Below, piece by piece: positions 17,903 to 27,639 of a stretch of 32,000 nt of DNA (positions are counted from its first letter, which is position 1; the number at the start of each line of letters is the position of its first letter). The notes under the pieces are model-generated. The model was given only the letters and a program-made list of their open reading frames with translations, had not been told where the DNA came from and made no database searches. The stretch covers positions 300,001-332,000 of the forward strand of contig NZ_CP046578.1 of assembly GCF_013365455.1 (NCBI RefSeq), in the 5' to 3' direction. The DNA is from Wolbachia endosymbiont of Dirofilaria (Dirofilaria) immitis (lineage in GTDB: Bacteria; Pseudomonadota; Alphaproteobacteria; Rickettsiales; Anaplasmataceae). The position numbers were made by a program, and so were the translations under genes.

Positions 17903-19003
17903 CTACACGTTAAACCTAAAGTGCATTATATCACCATCTTGTACAATGTAATCTCTACCTTCGAAGCGAATTTTGCCTGCGTTTTTGCAAGCTGATTCGC
18001 TTCCATATTTTATATGGTCTGTGAAGCTTATAGTTTCTGCTTTTACAAAACCTTTCTCAAAATCAGTATGAATTGTACCTGCTGCTTTATCAGCTGTTGA
18101 TCCTATCTTTATTGGCCAAGCGCGTGCTTCTTTTGGCCCTACAGTAAAGAAAGTTATCATGCTCAGCATTTCATTATATATGATACGCGCTATTCCATCA
18201 AGCCCTGATTCTTGTAAGCCAAACTCTGATAAGAGACTCTGTTTTTCTTTTTCGTCTGCAAGATTTGCGATATCTGCTTCAAGTTTTGCTGAAATACAGT
18301 AAAATTTACTCTTGTTCTCTTCTGCTATTTTTTCTACCTTTTTAGAAAGTTCATTACCAGTTATAACACTTGTATCTTCAATGTTGCAGACATATATAAT
18401 GGGCTTTGTCGTCAGTAATTGAAGTGATTTTGCTTCAGCTTTATCTATGTTTCTTAAACTTCTTGCAGGCTTACCGAGTTTCAAAATAACTAAAATCTCC
18501 TGCATTAAATCTAGTTGTCTCTTCAGCTCTTTACTACCCTGTTTTTTTGCTTTTCTTTCCAGTTTAGGTAATCTTTTTTCTATGCTATCAATGTCAGCTA
18601 GGATTAATTCCATCTCTACTATTTCAGCATCTGATATTGGATCTATTTTATTATATATATGGCTGATATTGTCATCCGTAAAGCACCTAAGTAAGTGAAT
18701 AATGGCATCGACTTCTCTGATGTAACTTAGAAACCTGTTACCGAGTCCTTTGCCTTTGCTTGCACCTCTTACTAAACCTGCGATATCTATGACTTCTAAC
18801 TGATTATAGATTATCTTTTCTGAGTTAGCTATTGCTGCGATTTGCTTCAAGCGCTGATCTTTTATTGGTACTTTACCAATATTGGGTTCTATTGTACAGA
18901 AAGAATAATTTGCTACTTCAGCTATGGTTGATTGTGTGAGTACATTGAATAAAGTTGATTTTCCTATGTTTGGTAATCCTACTATGCCACAGTTAAAGTT
19001 CAT
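17903..19003 (-). CDS. ychF: redox-regulated ATPase YchF (Obg-family GTP/ATP-binding protein)
   Basis: The sequence MNFNCGIVGLPNIGKSTLFNVLT...DIAGLVRGASKGKGLGNRFL is followed by a C-terminal TGS-like domain ending in DGDIMHFRFNV. Confidence 0.95.
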   Translation of the reverse strand: MNFNCGIVGLPNIGKSTLFNVLTQSTIAEVANYSFCTIEPNIGKVPIKDQRLKQIAAIANSEKIIYNQLEVIDIAGLVRGASKGKGLGNRFLSYIREVDAIIHLLRCFTDDNISHIYNKIDPISDAEIVEMELILADIDSIEKRLPKLERKAKKQGSKELKRQLDLMQEILVILKLGKPARSLRNIDKAEAKSLQLLTTKPIIYVCNIEDTSVITGNELSKKVEKIAEENKSKFYCISAKLEADIANLADEKEKQSLLSEFGLQESGLDGIARIIYNEMLSMITFFTVGPKEARAWPIKIGSTADKAAGTIHTDFEKGFVKAETISFTDHIKYGSESACKNAGKIRFEGRDYIVQDGDIMHFRFNV

Positions 19004-19889
19004 ATTCTCTATAAAATTATAATTATTGTGTAATTTAAAAGTTTTTGCTACATTTAGCTTTTTAGGAAGAGAAAATATTACTGTAGCTAATAAGCGGAAA
19101 TTATCAAGTAGCTTTATAAGATTAAAAACGAGGAAAGCCGAGGAGCTTAAGGAAAGAGGTGGTCTTCTTTTAAATAAATATTCCTTACTCTAGTAGATTT
19201 CTCTATATGGGAAAAGAAATTTACTAATAAAAGTTACTTTTTTGTTTTATTTAAGTGTAGTATGGAGTAGCAAACAGAAATGCAGTTAAAGGGAAGGTTA
19301 TAAGAGATTTGTATAGAATAATCGGTGATTTGTAAATACAATCGTCAGTGAATTTAATAAAATTATATGGATGAAGTTGCATATTGTAGAGAATTGAAGC
19401 AAGTTAGGCTGTTTTTGTATCAATTAATAGATGGTGCAGGTCCAGAAAGTACAGGTAAATACAATAAGGCTGATTATAATGAGTGATATCTTTTGCATAT
19501 ATGCAATAAAGGTATGTTTGATAAAGATGGAAGTTTAATAAAATAAGAACAGGAAGAATTCTATTAGTAAAAAAAAGCTTTAGTTAAATGGATCTATAGG
19601 AAGAGAAGGTTAAAGAGTATGTAAAGGGTGGAATGTTGGGCAAAAAATGCTAATGAATAAATAGATAGTGTTGTAAGGCAAGGTAAGACAGTACATAAAA
19701 TACTTTGAAGAGTAAAACCTTTTTTTTTGACTACATCATACAGTGTGGAAGAATTAAAAGCGCTATTTTATTAGCAGCAGTTAGTGTTTTATAGTTCTAA
19801 TCTTCATAGCTATGTGTATTCTTTTGTATAAGACTTTCTGAGGCATTTTATTATATAGTATGAGCTGTAACGTTATAATACTGACCTAA

Positions 19890-21164
19890 ATGAAAGTTGA
19901 CTATGAGACCAGCATAATTATTGATGCTATAGAGGAGTTTAGTGGTGAAATAAGACTTGTTGGTGGATGTGTGAGAGATTCAATTCTGCAGTGCAACGTT
20001 CATGATATTGACTTAGCTACTAATCTACTTCCTGGTCAAGTAATTGAAGCGCTGAAACTACGTAATATAAAAGCTATTCCAACTGGCCTAAGACATGGAA
20101 CTGTCACTGCAATTTTAAGCAAAAGATCTTTTGAGATCACAACATTAAGATACGATGTTGAATGTGACGGTAGACATGCGAAAATAGAATTCACCAACAA
20201 TTGGAAGGCTGATGCTTCAAGGCGCGACTTTACATTTAACGCTTTATATGCAGATAAGTATGGTCATGTATACGACTACTTTGGTGGTACTCAAGACTTA
20301 AAAGCGCGTAGGTTAAATTTTATAGGTAATGCTGAAGGTAGGATTAAAGAAGATTATCTACGTATTTTGAGAGTGTTTCGTTTTCACGCTAAGATATGCG
20401 TTGGAGACTTGAGTGATGAAATATTGGATGTATGCAAAGAGTATTCTCACATGATTCAAAGCCTTTCTGGAGAAAGAATAAGAGAAGAAATGTTTAAGTT
20501 ACTGGGGTGCGATGATCCAGTTACGGCTCTTAAGAGCATGCAGAAATCTAATGTTTTGCAAAAAATTATTCCAAAAGAAGTAAAGTGTGAAATTTTGTCT
20601 TCGCCACTTCTTATTAATGCTAAACCTCTAAAACCGTCTGCTATTTCAGCGCGTGGCTCTGTAGTTTATGCATCTTCACTAAATCCTAGCATTAGCTACT
20701 TAGATGATACCAAGCCAATTGATGCACTAACGAAATTAGCGTTGCTTCTTAGGACTACTGAAAAAGATGATCAAGTGAACCTTGGAGAGTACATAAGCAA
20801 GTTTTTACGTTTTTCGAATAAACAAAAGAAAAAACTGTTGTTTTTACTATCCAACAATATTAAAATGGAGCTCTTGAAAAGGGAGCCAAAGAAGTATATA
20901 TCTTTCTTTGGTAAAGAATTATATTGTGATTTAGTGAGAATTTATGGTATTGAGTCTGGAAAAACCGTTGGTGAGTATATTGAGTTTGCCAAGATATTTA
21001 ATATTCCTGAATTTCCTTTATCTGGTGATGATTTGATAAACATAGGTCAACAGCAAGGGAAAAATTTAGGTAAAAACTTAGAGTTGCTAAAGCAGCGTTG
21101 GGAGGATAGTTCCTATACTTTAACGAAAGAAGAGTTGCTATTTTATGCTAAGAAATTGATCTAA
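19890..21164 (+). CDS. tRNA nucleotidyltransferase (CCA-adding) / poly(A) polymerase family protein
   Basis: The head-domain motifs are present: LVGGCVRDSIL...DIDLAT...RRDFTFNALY...ERIREEMFKLL. CCA-adding enzyme and poly(A) polymerase cannot be told apart by eye. Neither tRNA in this window encodes CCA. Confidence 0.8.
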   Translation: MKVDYETSIIIDAIEEFSGEIRLVGGCVRDSILQCNVHDIDLATNLLPGQVIEALKLRNIKAIPTGLRHGTVTAILSKRSFEITTLRYDVECDGRHAKIEFTNNWKADASRRDFTFNALYADKYGHVYDYFGGTQDLKARRLNFIGNAEGRIKEDYLRILRVFRFHAKICVGDLSDEILDVCKEYSHMIQSLSGERIREEMFKLLGCDDPVTALKSMQKSNVLQKIIPKEVKCEILSSPLLINAKPLKPSAISARGSVVYASSLNPSISYLDDTKPIDALTKLALLLRTTEKDDQVNLGEYISKFLRFSNKQKKKLLFLLSNNIKMELLKREPKKYISFFGKELYCDLVRIYGIESGKTVGEYIEFAKIFNIPEFPLSGDDLINIGQQQGKNLGKNLELLKQRWEDSSYTLTKEELLFYAKKLI

Positions 21165-21364
21165 ACTGCTCTCTGAGAGTTAAGTAAATTAATACTTGCA
21201 GTATTGTTAGCGTAGTTCATAAAAAGGGTAAGCTTTTGTAGCTGTTTGACTAATTCTTTTTGCTCAGTGAGTTTTTTGCTTGTTTCTTGTAACTCTTTCT
21301 CCAATCTTTTTTCTTCTTTTAACTTTTTTATCTTATTATCCTTTTTAAGTCTTTTAGTTATAGA
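21161..21364 (-). pseudogene. start-less 67-codon open frame, K/E-rich and coiled-coil-like; probable 3' remnant of an eroded minus-strand gene
   Basis: The minus-strand frame reads SITKRLKKDNKIKKLKEEKRLEKELQETSKKLTEQKELVKQLQKLTLFMNYANNTASINLLNSQRAV, then a stop. A stop sits immediately upstream, and no ATG or GTG lies near the 5' end. Further upstream, protein-like pieces continue in shifted frames. The stop codon overlaps the cca stop by 4 nt. Confidence 0.3.
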
Positions 21365-22597
21365 TTAAAGTTCTCTATTCCCTTTTTTAAAGGGAATGTT
21401 TTATAAATGTTAGAGTTCTTATTCCTGATTTGCACCTTCTAATTATTCCTTTGGCTTTTATCACTCTCTGTATACTTTATGGTAATTATATTAAACCAAT
21501 TATTATCTACTTTGATGCTAAAACAGCATTCATCAGTAAATCTGTTACTTACTATAGCGTAAATTCTTTTGTCTTCACTCATTACCTAACTCTTTTTTTT
21601 CTGCTATTCTAGGTTTTTAATTAAATTGAATGCTTTCATCTACTATTTTAAGATCATCAATATAAATTTTGTTCTTCCAGTAGCTTTGTCATAATGTAGA
21701 ATATTCTCTGCCTATTTACTCTATCTCTTTAGCAATATTCATTATTTATGTCGGAGCATAAAATTGTTTTATTTTTGAGCTTAAAAAACTTTTCCTGAAC
21801 TAGAAGCTAAGGCTTTAATTAATAATTATTAAAGTAATAATAAAGTTGTATATACTAGTATGAATATTAGATAAGTATTAATGTAAATGCTTAGTTTTAT
21901 TTAGACGTGTTTAATGTTAGGTAGGTATTTTTATATTTGCAGTGAGGTCTTGTATACAAACAAGCTTTAGGTAGAAACACATATATTTATAAGGGTATCA
22001 ATTGTTTTTTTTACTCTTATTAACACTTCTGTTTATTATCTTGATATTTCATATTCACTACCTGAGTGGCTGAATTGCAGAAAGGTGGCTAAATTAGTTT
22101 TCTATGATCTTATTTTGTAGGTATATGAGCTAATTGAAAGCCCATTGATTATTCTAGTTTGAGGAGTTAAGTAATCCCCTTCTGGCTTTTTGAATGTTCA
22201 GAGGTGAATGTATAGTTATATACAGATTAACGTCATTTTTATGATACCTACTATAGTATAACTAGGTTTGCTTGGATTGTGCTGCAGAGGAGTTTTGTTT
22301 TATCTCTATCCAAGCTTTCTTTTGAATATTCTACTAGTAAGGTTAGATCATTCTGTTTATCAACTACGTTAAAAGCCTTTTCTCATAGCAGAGAAAAAGC
22401 ACCATTTCATAAAGCCTTTTTTGTAGGTTTTAGCATTAGAAACTTTATTTGGAATATATGTCGTAATATTAATTAAAGAGTAAATAGTACTACAGAAAGA
22501 AGGAAGCATTTTAGGAGGTTATATAACGATAAAACTTGCCATCAGCAGTTAAGCTTATTTATAGCTATTCTTCTATTTTTAAGTAGAGTATACTGAA

Positions 22598-22862
22598 ATG
22601 ACGAGTAGTGGGGATTGACTTTAGGTTATACTGTTCGTACAGTATGTACTAGATAACATCAAGTGTATTTAATAATCAATGAAGAAATTGGAGAGGATTT
22701 TAGAAAAAAAGTTGTAGCACAAAAAAGTTTTGGCGTAGCGTTCTCAATAAGAATTGAGGATAGAAGTATTAGTTTTGCCCTTGAAGTTCTATGACGCGCA
22801 AGCGAATGAAGATAAAGAAAGAGTTGTGAACAAGCTGTTAAAGCTGTGCCGGAGTAAGGAAG
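22598..22862 (+). pseudogene. eroded N-terminal domain of mrp/apbC (nonsense codons plus frameshifts)
   Basis: Read across frames, the region gives MTSSGD*L*VILFVQYVLDNIKCI* (frame 2), then IINEEIGEDFRKKVVAQKSFGVAFSIRIEDRSISFALEVL* (frame 1). It continues as YDAQANEDKERV (frame 2), CEQAVKAVP (frame 1) and GVRKVTMVTIDRKQ (frame 3, the intact mrp frame). The order and spacing resemble the roughly 90-aa N-terminal domain of full-length Mrp/ApbC proteins. Confidence 0.6.
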
Positions 22863-23657
22863 GTGACCATGGTTACTATTGATCGAAAACAGGCTACAAA
22901 ACAGGTGCCTAAACTACATATTGATGGGGTGAAGAATATAATTGTTGTAGCTTCTGCTAAAGGAGGGGTAGGTAAATCTACAGTTGCATTAACTCTTGCT
23001 CTTTCACTAGCAAAATTGAAACACAAGACTGCACTAGTTGATGCAGATATATATGGTCCTTCAATTCCTAGAATGCTTGGTGCTGAAAAATTAAAGCTGA
23101 AAATACAGGATAGTAAAGTAATACCTGTAGAAAAGTATAGGCTACATACTATTTCAATTGGCTATTTTATTAATAAAGACTGTGCAGCAATATGGCGTGG
23201 ACCCATGGTTACAAAAGTGCTTCACAGTTTACTAATGGGAACAAAATGGTCAGATATAGAATATTTAATAATTGATACACCACCTGGAACTGGTGATGTA
23301 CACCTAAGTCTAATGGAGAATTTTAGCTTAACTGGAGCGGTAATAGTTTCAACTCCACAGGAACTTGCTTTGGTTGGTGCTCGTAAAATTTATGACATGT
23401 TTACAAAATTCAGTGTACCTATTATTGGTATTGTAGAAAATATGAGTTATTTTATTCAAGGTGACTCAAAAATATATATCTTTGGAAAAGATAGTATAAA
23501 AAAAGTATCTGAGGAGTTAGGAATCAAACTCTTGGGCAGAGTTCCTTTGGATCCGCAGGTATGTAGTGCTTCTGATTGTGGAAATCCTCTAATGCTGAGT
23601 GAGAAATTAATGAAGATTTATGAAAATATTGCTAAAGATATTGGGTCTTTTATATAA
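22863..23657 (+). CDS. mrp: Mrp/ApbC/NBP35-family P-loop ATPase (shortened, ATPase domain only)
   Basis: The deviant Walker A motif is IIVVASAKGGVGKST; other motifs are DADIYGPS, IIDTPPGTGD and VENMSYF. The start is GTG 22863 or ATG 22869. No CXXC motif lies between ENMSYF and IFGKD. Confidence 0.85.
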   Translation: MTMVTIDRKQATKQVPKLHIDGVKNIIVVASAKGGVGKSTVALTLALSLAKLKHKTALVDADIYGPSIPRMLGAEKLKLKIQDSKVIPVEKYRLHTISIGYFINKDCAAIWRGPMVTKVLHSLLMGTKWSDIEYLIIDTPPGTGDVHLSLMENFSLTGAVIVSTPQELALVGARKIYDMFTKFSVPIIGIVENMSYFIQGDSKIYIFGKDSIKKVSEELGIKLLGRVPLDPQVCSASDCGNPLMLSEKLMKIYENIAKDIGSFI

Positions 23658-23710
23658 AATTTGTTAAAACTACTTTCAAAACAGATGAGATATGATTTAA
23701 GAGTCAGCAA

Positions 23711-24868
23711 ATGAATTATGATGTAATTATCTCAGGTGGCGGGTTACTTGGTCTCATTACTGCTATTGGCCTCAGCAGTAACTCTGTGTCTGTAGCTGTG
23801 GTTGAAAAGAGTAGTCTGCAACGTGTGATTGATGATAATCGAGCATTTGCTATCTCTCAAGGCTCGAGAAAAATATTGGAAAAGTTAGGGATTTGGCCGC
23901 TCATAGAAAGCTGGGCAGAACCTATACTTGATATATGCATAATAGATGGAAATAGTCCAGTTACTGTACACTATGATCATAAAATGGTTAGTGAAGAACC
24001 GATGGGCTATGTTATTAATAGTGCTACTATGTGGAATGCGATCAACAATAATTTTTTGGAGAGGTTAAACATATATTCTTCACTTTCCTATAAGACAGTT
24101 GTTTGTGATGGAGGGTATGTAGAAGTTATTCTGGATAATGATCAGAAATTAGTATCTTCATTACTTATCTGTGCTGAAGGTAAAAATTCCAAGCTACCAG
24201 AGTTATTTTCTATACCAGTGATGAAATTTGATTATGAACAAAATAGCATAGTATTTAATGTAAAACATGAATTGAATCATCAAAATTTAGCTATAGAAAG
24301 GTTTTTTCCTGGTGGTCCATTTGCAATTCTACCAATGAAAGGAGGCTATACTTCTTCAATAGTTTGGACGGAAAAATCTAAAATTTCTGAAATGCTAATG
24401 AACCTAGCTGAAGAGGAATTTATCATAGAGCTTAAAAAAAGGTTTGGCTCTTATTTAGGGGAAATTAAATTAGAGGGTAGAAGAAAATCTTATTCCTTGA
24501 GTTTTGCTTTTGCAAAAAGACTATATAAAAGTAGAGTTTTGCTTATCGGTGATGCAGCACATTTGATTCATCCTGTTGCAGGTCAAGGACTTAATCTTGG
24601 GATTAGGGATGTAGAAAGTATTATAAGGCAAATAACTGCTGTAAAAGCATATGGTATTGATGTTGGTAGTAATTATCTGCTGAGAAAATTTGCATGTGAT
24701 AGATACTGTGACAATTTTACCATGGCACTTGTAACTGATGGTTTAAATAGGATATTTTCCAATGAAATGCTTTGCGCTAAGATATTAAGAAATCTTGGCT
24801 TAATGGTAGTTGAAAATTCAAATTTCCTCAAAAAACGCTTCATCCATCATGCTATGGGGTTGAGGTGA
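23711..24868 (+). CDS. UbiH/UbiF/VisC/COQ6-family FAD-dependent ubiquinone-biosynthesis hydroxylase
   Basis: There is an N-terminal dinucleotide-binding motif (YDVIISGGGLLGLITAIGL) and the family signature LLIGDAAHLIHPVAGQGLNLGIRDV. Confidence 0.85.
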   Translation: MNYDVIISGGGLLGLITAIGLSSNSVSVAVVEKSSLQRVIDDNRAFAISQGSRKILEKLGIWPLIESWAEPILDICIIDGNSPVTVHYDHKMVSEEPMGYVINSATMWNAINNNFLERLNIYSSLSYKTVVCDGGYVEVILDNDQKLVSSLLICAEGKNSKLPELFSIPVMKFDYEQNSIVFNVKHELNHQNLAIERFFPGGPFAILPMKGGYTSSIVWTEKSKISEMLMNLAEEEFIIELKKRFGSYLGEIKLEGRRKSYSLSFAFAKRLYKSRVLLIGDAAHLIHPVAGQGLNLGIRDVESIIRQITAVKAYGIDVGSNYLLRKFACDRYCDNFTMALVTDGLNRIFSNEMLCAKILRNLGLMVVENSNFLKKRFIHHAMGLR

Positions 24869-24999
24869 GGTTTATATCTAAAGGCTTTGATTTAAAGTTA
24901 CCTTTCGAAGGGCTATTTTTAAGTTTTAGTAATGATAAACTAATGTACTAATTCAGGAAAGTTATTATAATAAAGCTTCTGTAGCTCAGCGAATCATTA

Positions 25000-26196
25000 G
25001 TGGCAATACAAAATATTATCTCTCTTGTCATGATACTATCTGTAGCAATTGCTGATATGGCAACTGACTTATACTTAGTTGCACTGCCAAGTATTGCTAA
25101 TCATTTTAAGGTAGAAGGTAGTGTAGTGCAGCTTACAATTAGCTTAAATTTAGTTGGATTTGCTATGTCTGGACTAATTTATGGTCCTCTATCTGACTAT
25201 TATGGTAGACGTCCGATCATGCTGATTGGTATGGCAGTTTTTACTGTGGCAAGTGTTATGTGTTGTATGGTTAATAATATTATGTTCTTAATATTGATTC
25301 GTTTTATACAAGGAATAGGAGCTGGTGTTGCAGGCGTTGTTGGATATGCAGCAATAAAGGATATGTATTCAGGTAGTGAATATTCGAAGATGATTTCAAA
25401 GTTAAATATGGTAGTGGCACTCTCACCTGGGATAGCCCCAGTGGTAGGTAGTCATATAATTTCACATGGTTATAACTGGAAGTTTTTATTTTTTATTATA
25501 TCACTAGCAGCAGTTATTATGCTTATTTTCATTTACTTTAAGTTACAAGAGACACTTGCTGTAAGTAAAAATGAAATTAGTATGGCTAACTTGGTTATTA
25601 GTATTTTCAAGCAGTATATATTAATGTTTAAAAACTATCGTTTTCTTGGATTTTCGACTATTCATGGATTAACTTTCATGTGGCTTTGGGCATATGTTGC
25701 TAACTACCCTTTCGTATTTGAATCTATGGGTGTTGAAGTAAAGTATTTCGGTTATTTTATATCAATTATAGTTATATTTTTCATGATTGGGGCTTTGATT
25801 AACAGAAAGTGTGTGCCAAAAATAGGTGTGAGCAGAATGTTAATAATAGGTTTAGTGTTGCCAATAATACCTGAGAGTTTACTGGCATATTTTTGCTCTG
25901 TAGACAAGTTGAGTATGTTTGTCCTTCAGGTTATTTGGATTCCAAGTAATATAGGTCTTGCACTTGTAATAAGCAACAATGTAACTTCTGCACTAGAAAC
26001 AATTAAAGGTATAGGACTTGGTAGTGGAGTTCTCTCATTCTGTAATATGATGTTTGGGGCTATCGGGATATATATAATAGGAAAGTTTTTTTCTTACGGC
26101 GTTTTGTCAAACGCGCTGTTAACAGTTGCATGTTCTATAACTGCGGTTTTTATATATTATTTGCTTGAATACACTAAAAAGTATTCTAAAGTCTAA
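25000..26196 (+). CDS. MFS transporter, Bcr/CflA drug-resistance subfamily
   Basis: It is a roughly 12-TM hydrophobic protein with the MFS motif GPLSDYYGRRPIMLIGM and DLYLVALPSIANHF near the N-terminus. The start is GTG, immediately after an in-frame TAG. Confidence 0.85.
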   Translation: MAIQNIISLVMILSVAIADMATDLYLVALPSIANHFKVEGSVVQLTISLNLVGFAMSGLIYGPLSDYYGRRPIMLIGMAVFTVASVMCCMVNNIMFLILIRFIQGIGAGVAGVVGYAAIKDMYSGSEYSKMISKLNMVVALSPGIAPVVGSHIISHGYNWKFLFFIISLAAVIMLIFIYFKLQETLAVSKNEISMANLVISIFKQYILMFKNYRFLGFSTIHGLTFMWLWAYVANYPFVFESMGVEVKYFGYFISIIVIFFMIGALINRKCVPKIGVSRMLIIGLVLPIIPESLLAYFCSVDKLSMFVLQVIWIPSNIGLALVISNNVTSALETIKGIGLGSGVLSFCNMMFGAIGIYIIGKFFSYGVLSNALLTVACSITAVFIYYLLEYTKKYSKV

Positions 26197-26832
26197 TAAT
26201 GGAAGGTAATTAAAAGTTTAACTAAACTAAAAAAAATCTGTTTAAAAGTGTGGTTAATATCAGGTATTATAAAGATGATATCATGAAAGGTGGTGTTGTG
26301 CTCTAGAATCAAGCATCTAAATACATGGGTCTATTATCTTAGATGTTAAGGCAAAATTATTATTTTTTTTGTTGTGGTATTTAGATGAACGCGAATTTTT
26401 CTTATTGCAGCACTAAAGAGATTTTAGCGGTTTTTCCAAAGTTAACTAAACGCTGGTAGAGTGTTTTTCATTTTTCTATTAACAAATGATAACAATAATA
26501 GACATATATAGATAGTATTTTTTAAATGTAAAATCTGTCACCTGTGATTTTGGGCTTTGCTAGCTTTCTATATAAACCATCTAATAATTGAATTGTGTTG
26601 TTTTAAGTAGGGAAATTATGTACCTGATTATCAAGGTTTAATATGAGGATAAAAGGATTTATGTAATAAATTATTATTGCAAGGCTATTATTCAAGCGAT
26701 GGCATATCACCAGTATTGTAAAAATGCTTCAGGAAGTGATTTTTTACTGCAGATTATTTCTATCAGTTTTAGAATGACTAAAGTTCTCAGTGTTGTCTAA
26801 GTAAGTATCAATGTTTATTTTTCTTGCTATTC

Positions 26833-27000
26833 ATGATGATAGAGATTATTATAAAGGGGTATGCTTTGAGAAAGATTAAGGATAATGGCAAATATCTAAT
26901 GTATGTTCTAATATTTTTTGGCTATTACTGTTTTGCATTGGCAGCTGGGATTATTGCTGGTGATATTAATATGCAAAGTCAAAGTCTAGTGTTAAATTAA
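26833..27000 (+). CDS. candidate small membrane protein (55 aa) or gene remnant
   Basis: The product is MMIEIIIKGYALRKIKDNGKYLMYVLIFFGYYCFALAAGIIAGDINMQSQSLVLN, with one clear hydrophobic helix. It is the longest start-to-stop frame I found by hand in the MFS-purA spacer. No convincing SD precedes the first ATG, and AAGGGG precedes an internal TTG. Confidence 0.2.
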   Translation: MMIEIIIKGYALRKIKDNGKYLMYVLIFFGYYCFALAAGIIAGDINMQSQSLVLN

Positions 27001-27639
27001 GTGATCTATATTAGGAAAAATAGTATATAATGTTAGCTCTGTTATATAGGTACTTATAACCTTGTTTAGAGAAAATGGGGAGAAGATTTAGAATATTTTT
27101 TGTGAAAAAAGGATATTCGATAAACCATACTTTACTATGTTAGATCTAAAGAAAGGGAAAGTAGTAAATTATTTAATATCTTCTACTTTTTTGAGCTTGG
27201 TGTTTAGGTTTGTAGTACTAAACCTAAGTAAAAGCTGATTATTTACGCAACTGATATTACTACATGTATTTCCCATGCTATACAATATGATACTGTTTGC
27301 AACAATGCTGCACCAACAAGGCTAGCTATAACTAGTTGAAATTTTCTTTATTGAATCTACCACAGTTCTATTTCACTGGAAGAGAGGCAGAATATTTGAC
27401 CCATGAACCCAAGGTATTTTATTTAATGTTAAAGTGAAAACCTTTGCTGTTTTTAATCTATATAAATTAAAAATAACTAAACATCTTTATTCCTGTGCTA
27501 AAATAACTAGTACAGTTTGTCAAAAAATTTTTAAATGCATTACTAAAATTTATTATGTGGTTTTTATAAGAGATCTATTTACTCCTTGTCATTTGTAGCG
27601 TACTGCATTAACATTTATATATTGATTCAGAAGGTATTG

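Noticed and set aside
21430-22476. Plus-strand ORFs 21430..21612 and 22279..22476 in the cca-mrp spacer.
   Set aside because: ORF 21430..21612 sits on the pyrimidine-rich strand opposite minus-sense coding debris, so it is a stop-poor shadow. ORF 22279..22476 has a GTG start, no SD and a non-protein-like S/F/L-rich composition.
24978-24999. A tRNA-like D-arm string, tgtagctcagcg, just upstream of the MFS transporter start.
   Set aside because: No matching GAGC closing strand, anticodon arm or T-arm follows. It is not a tRNA or a recognisable tRNA fragment.
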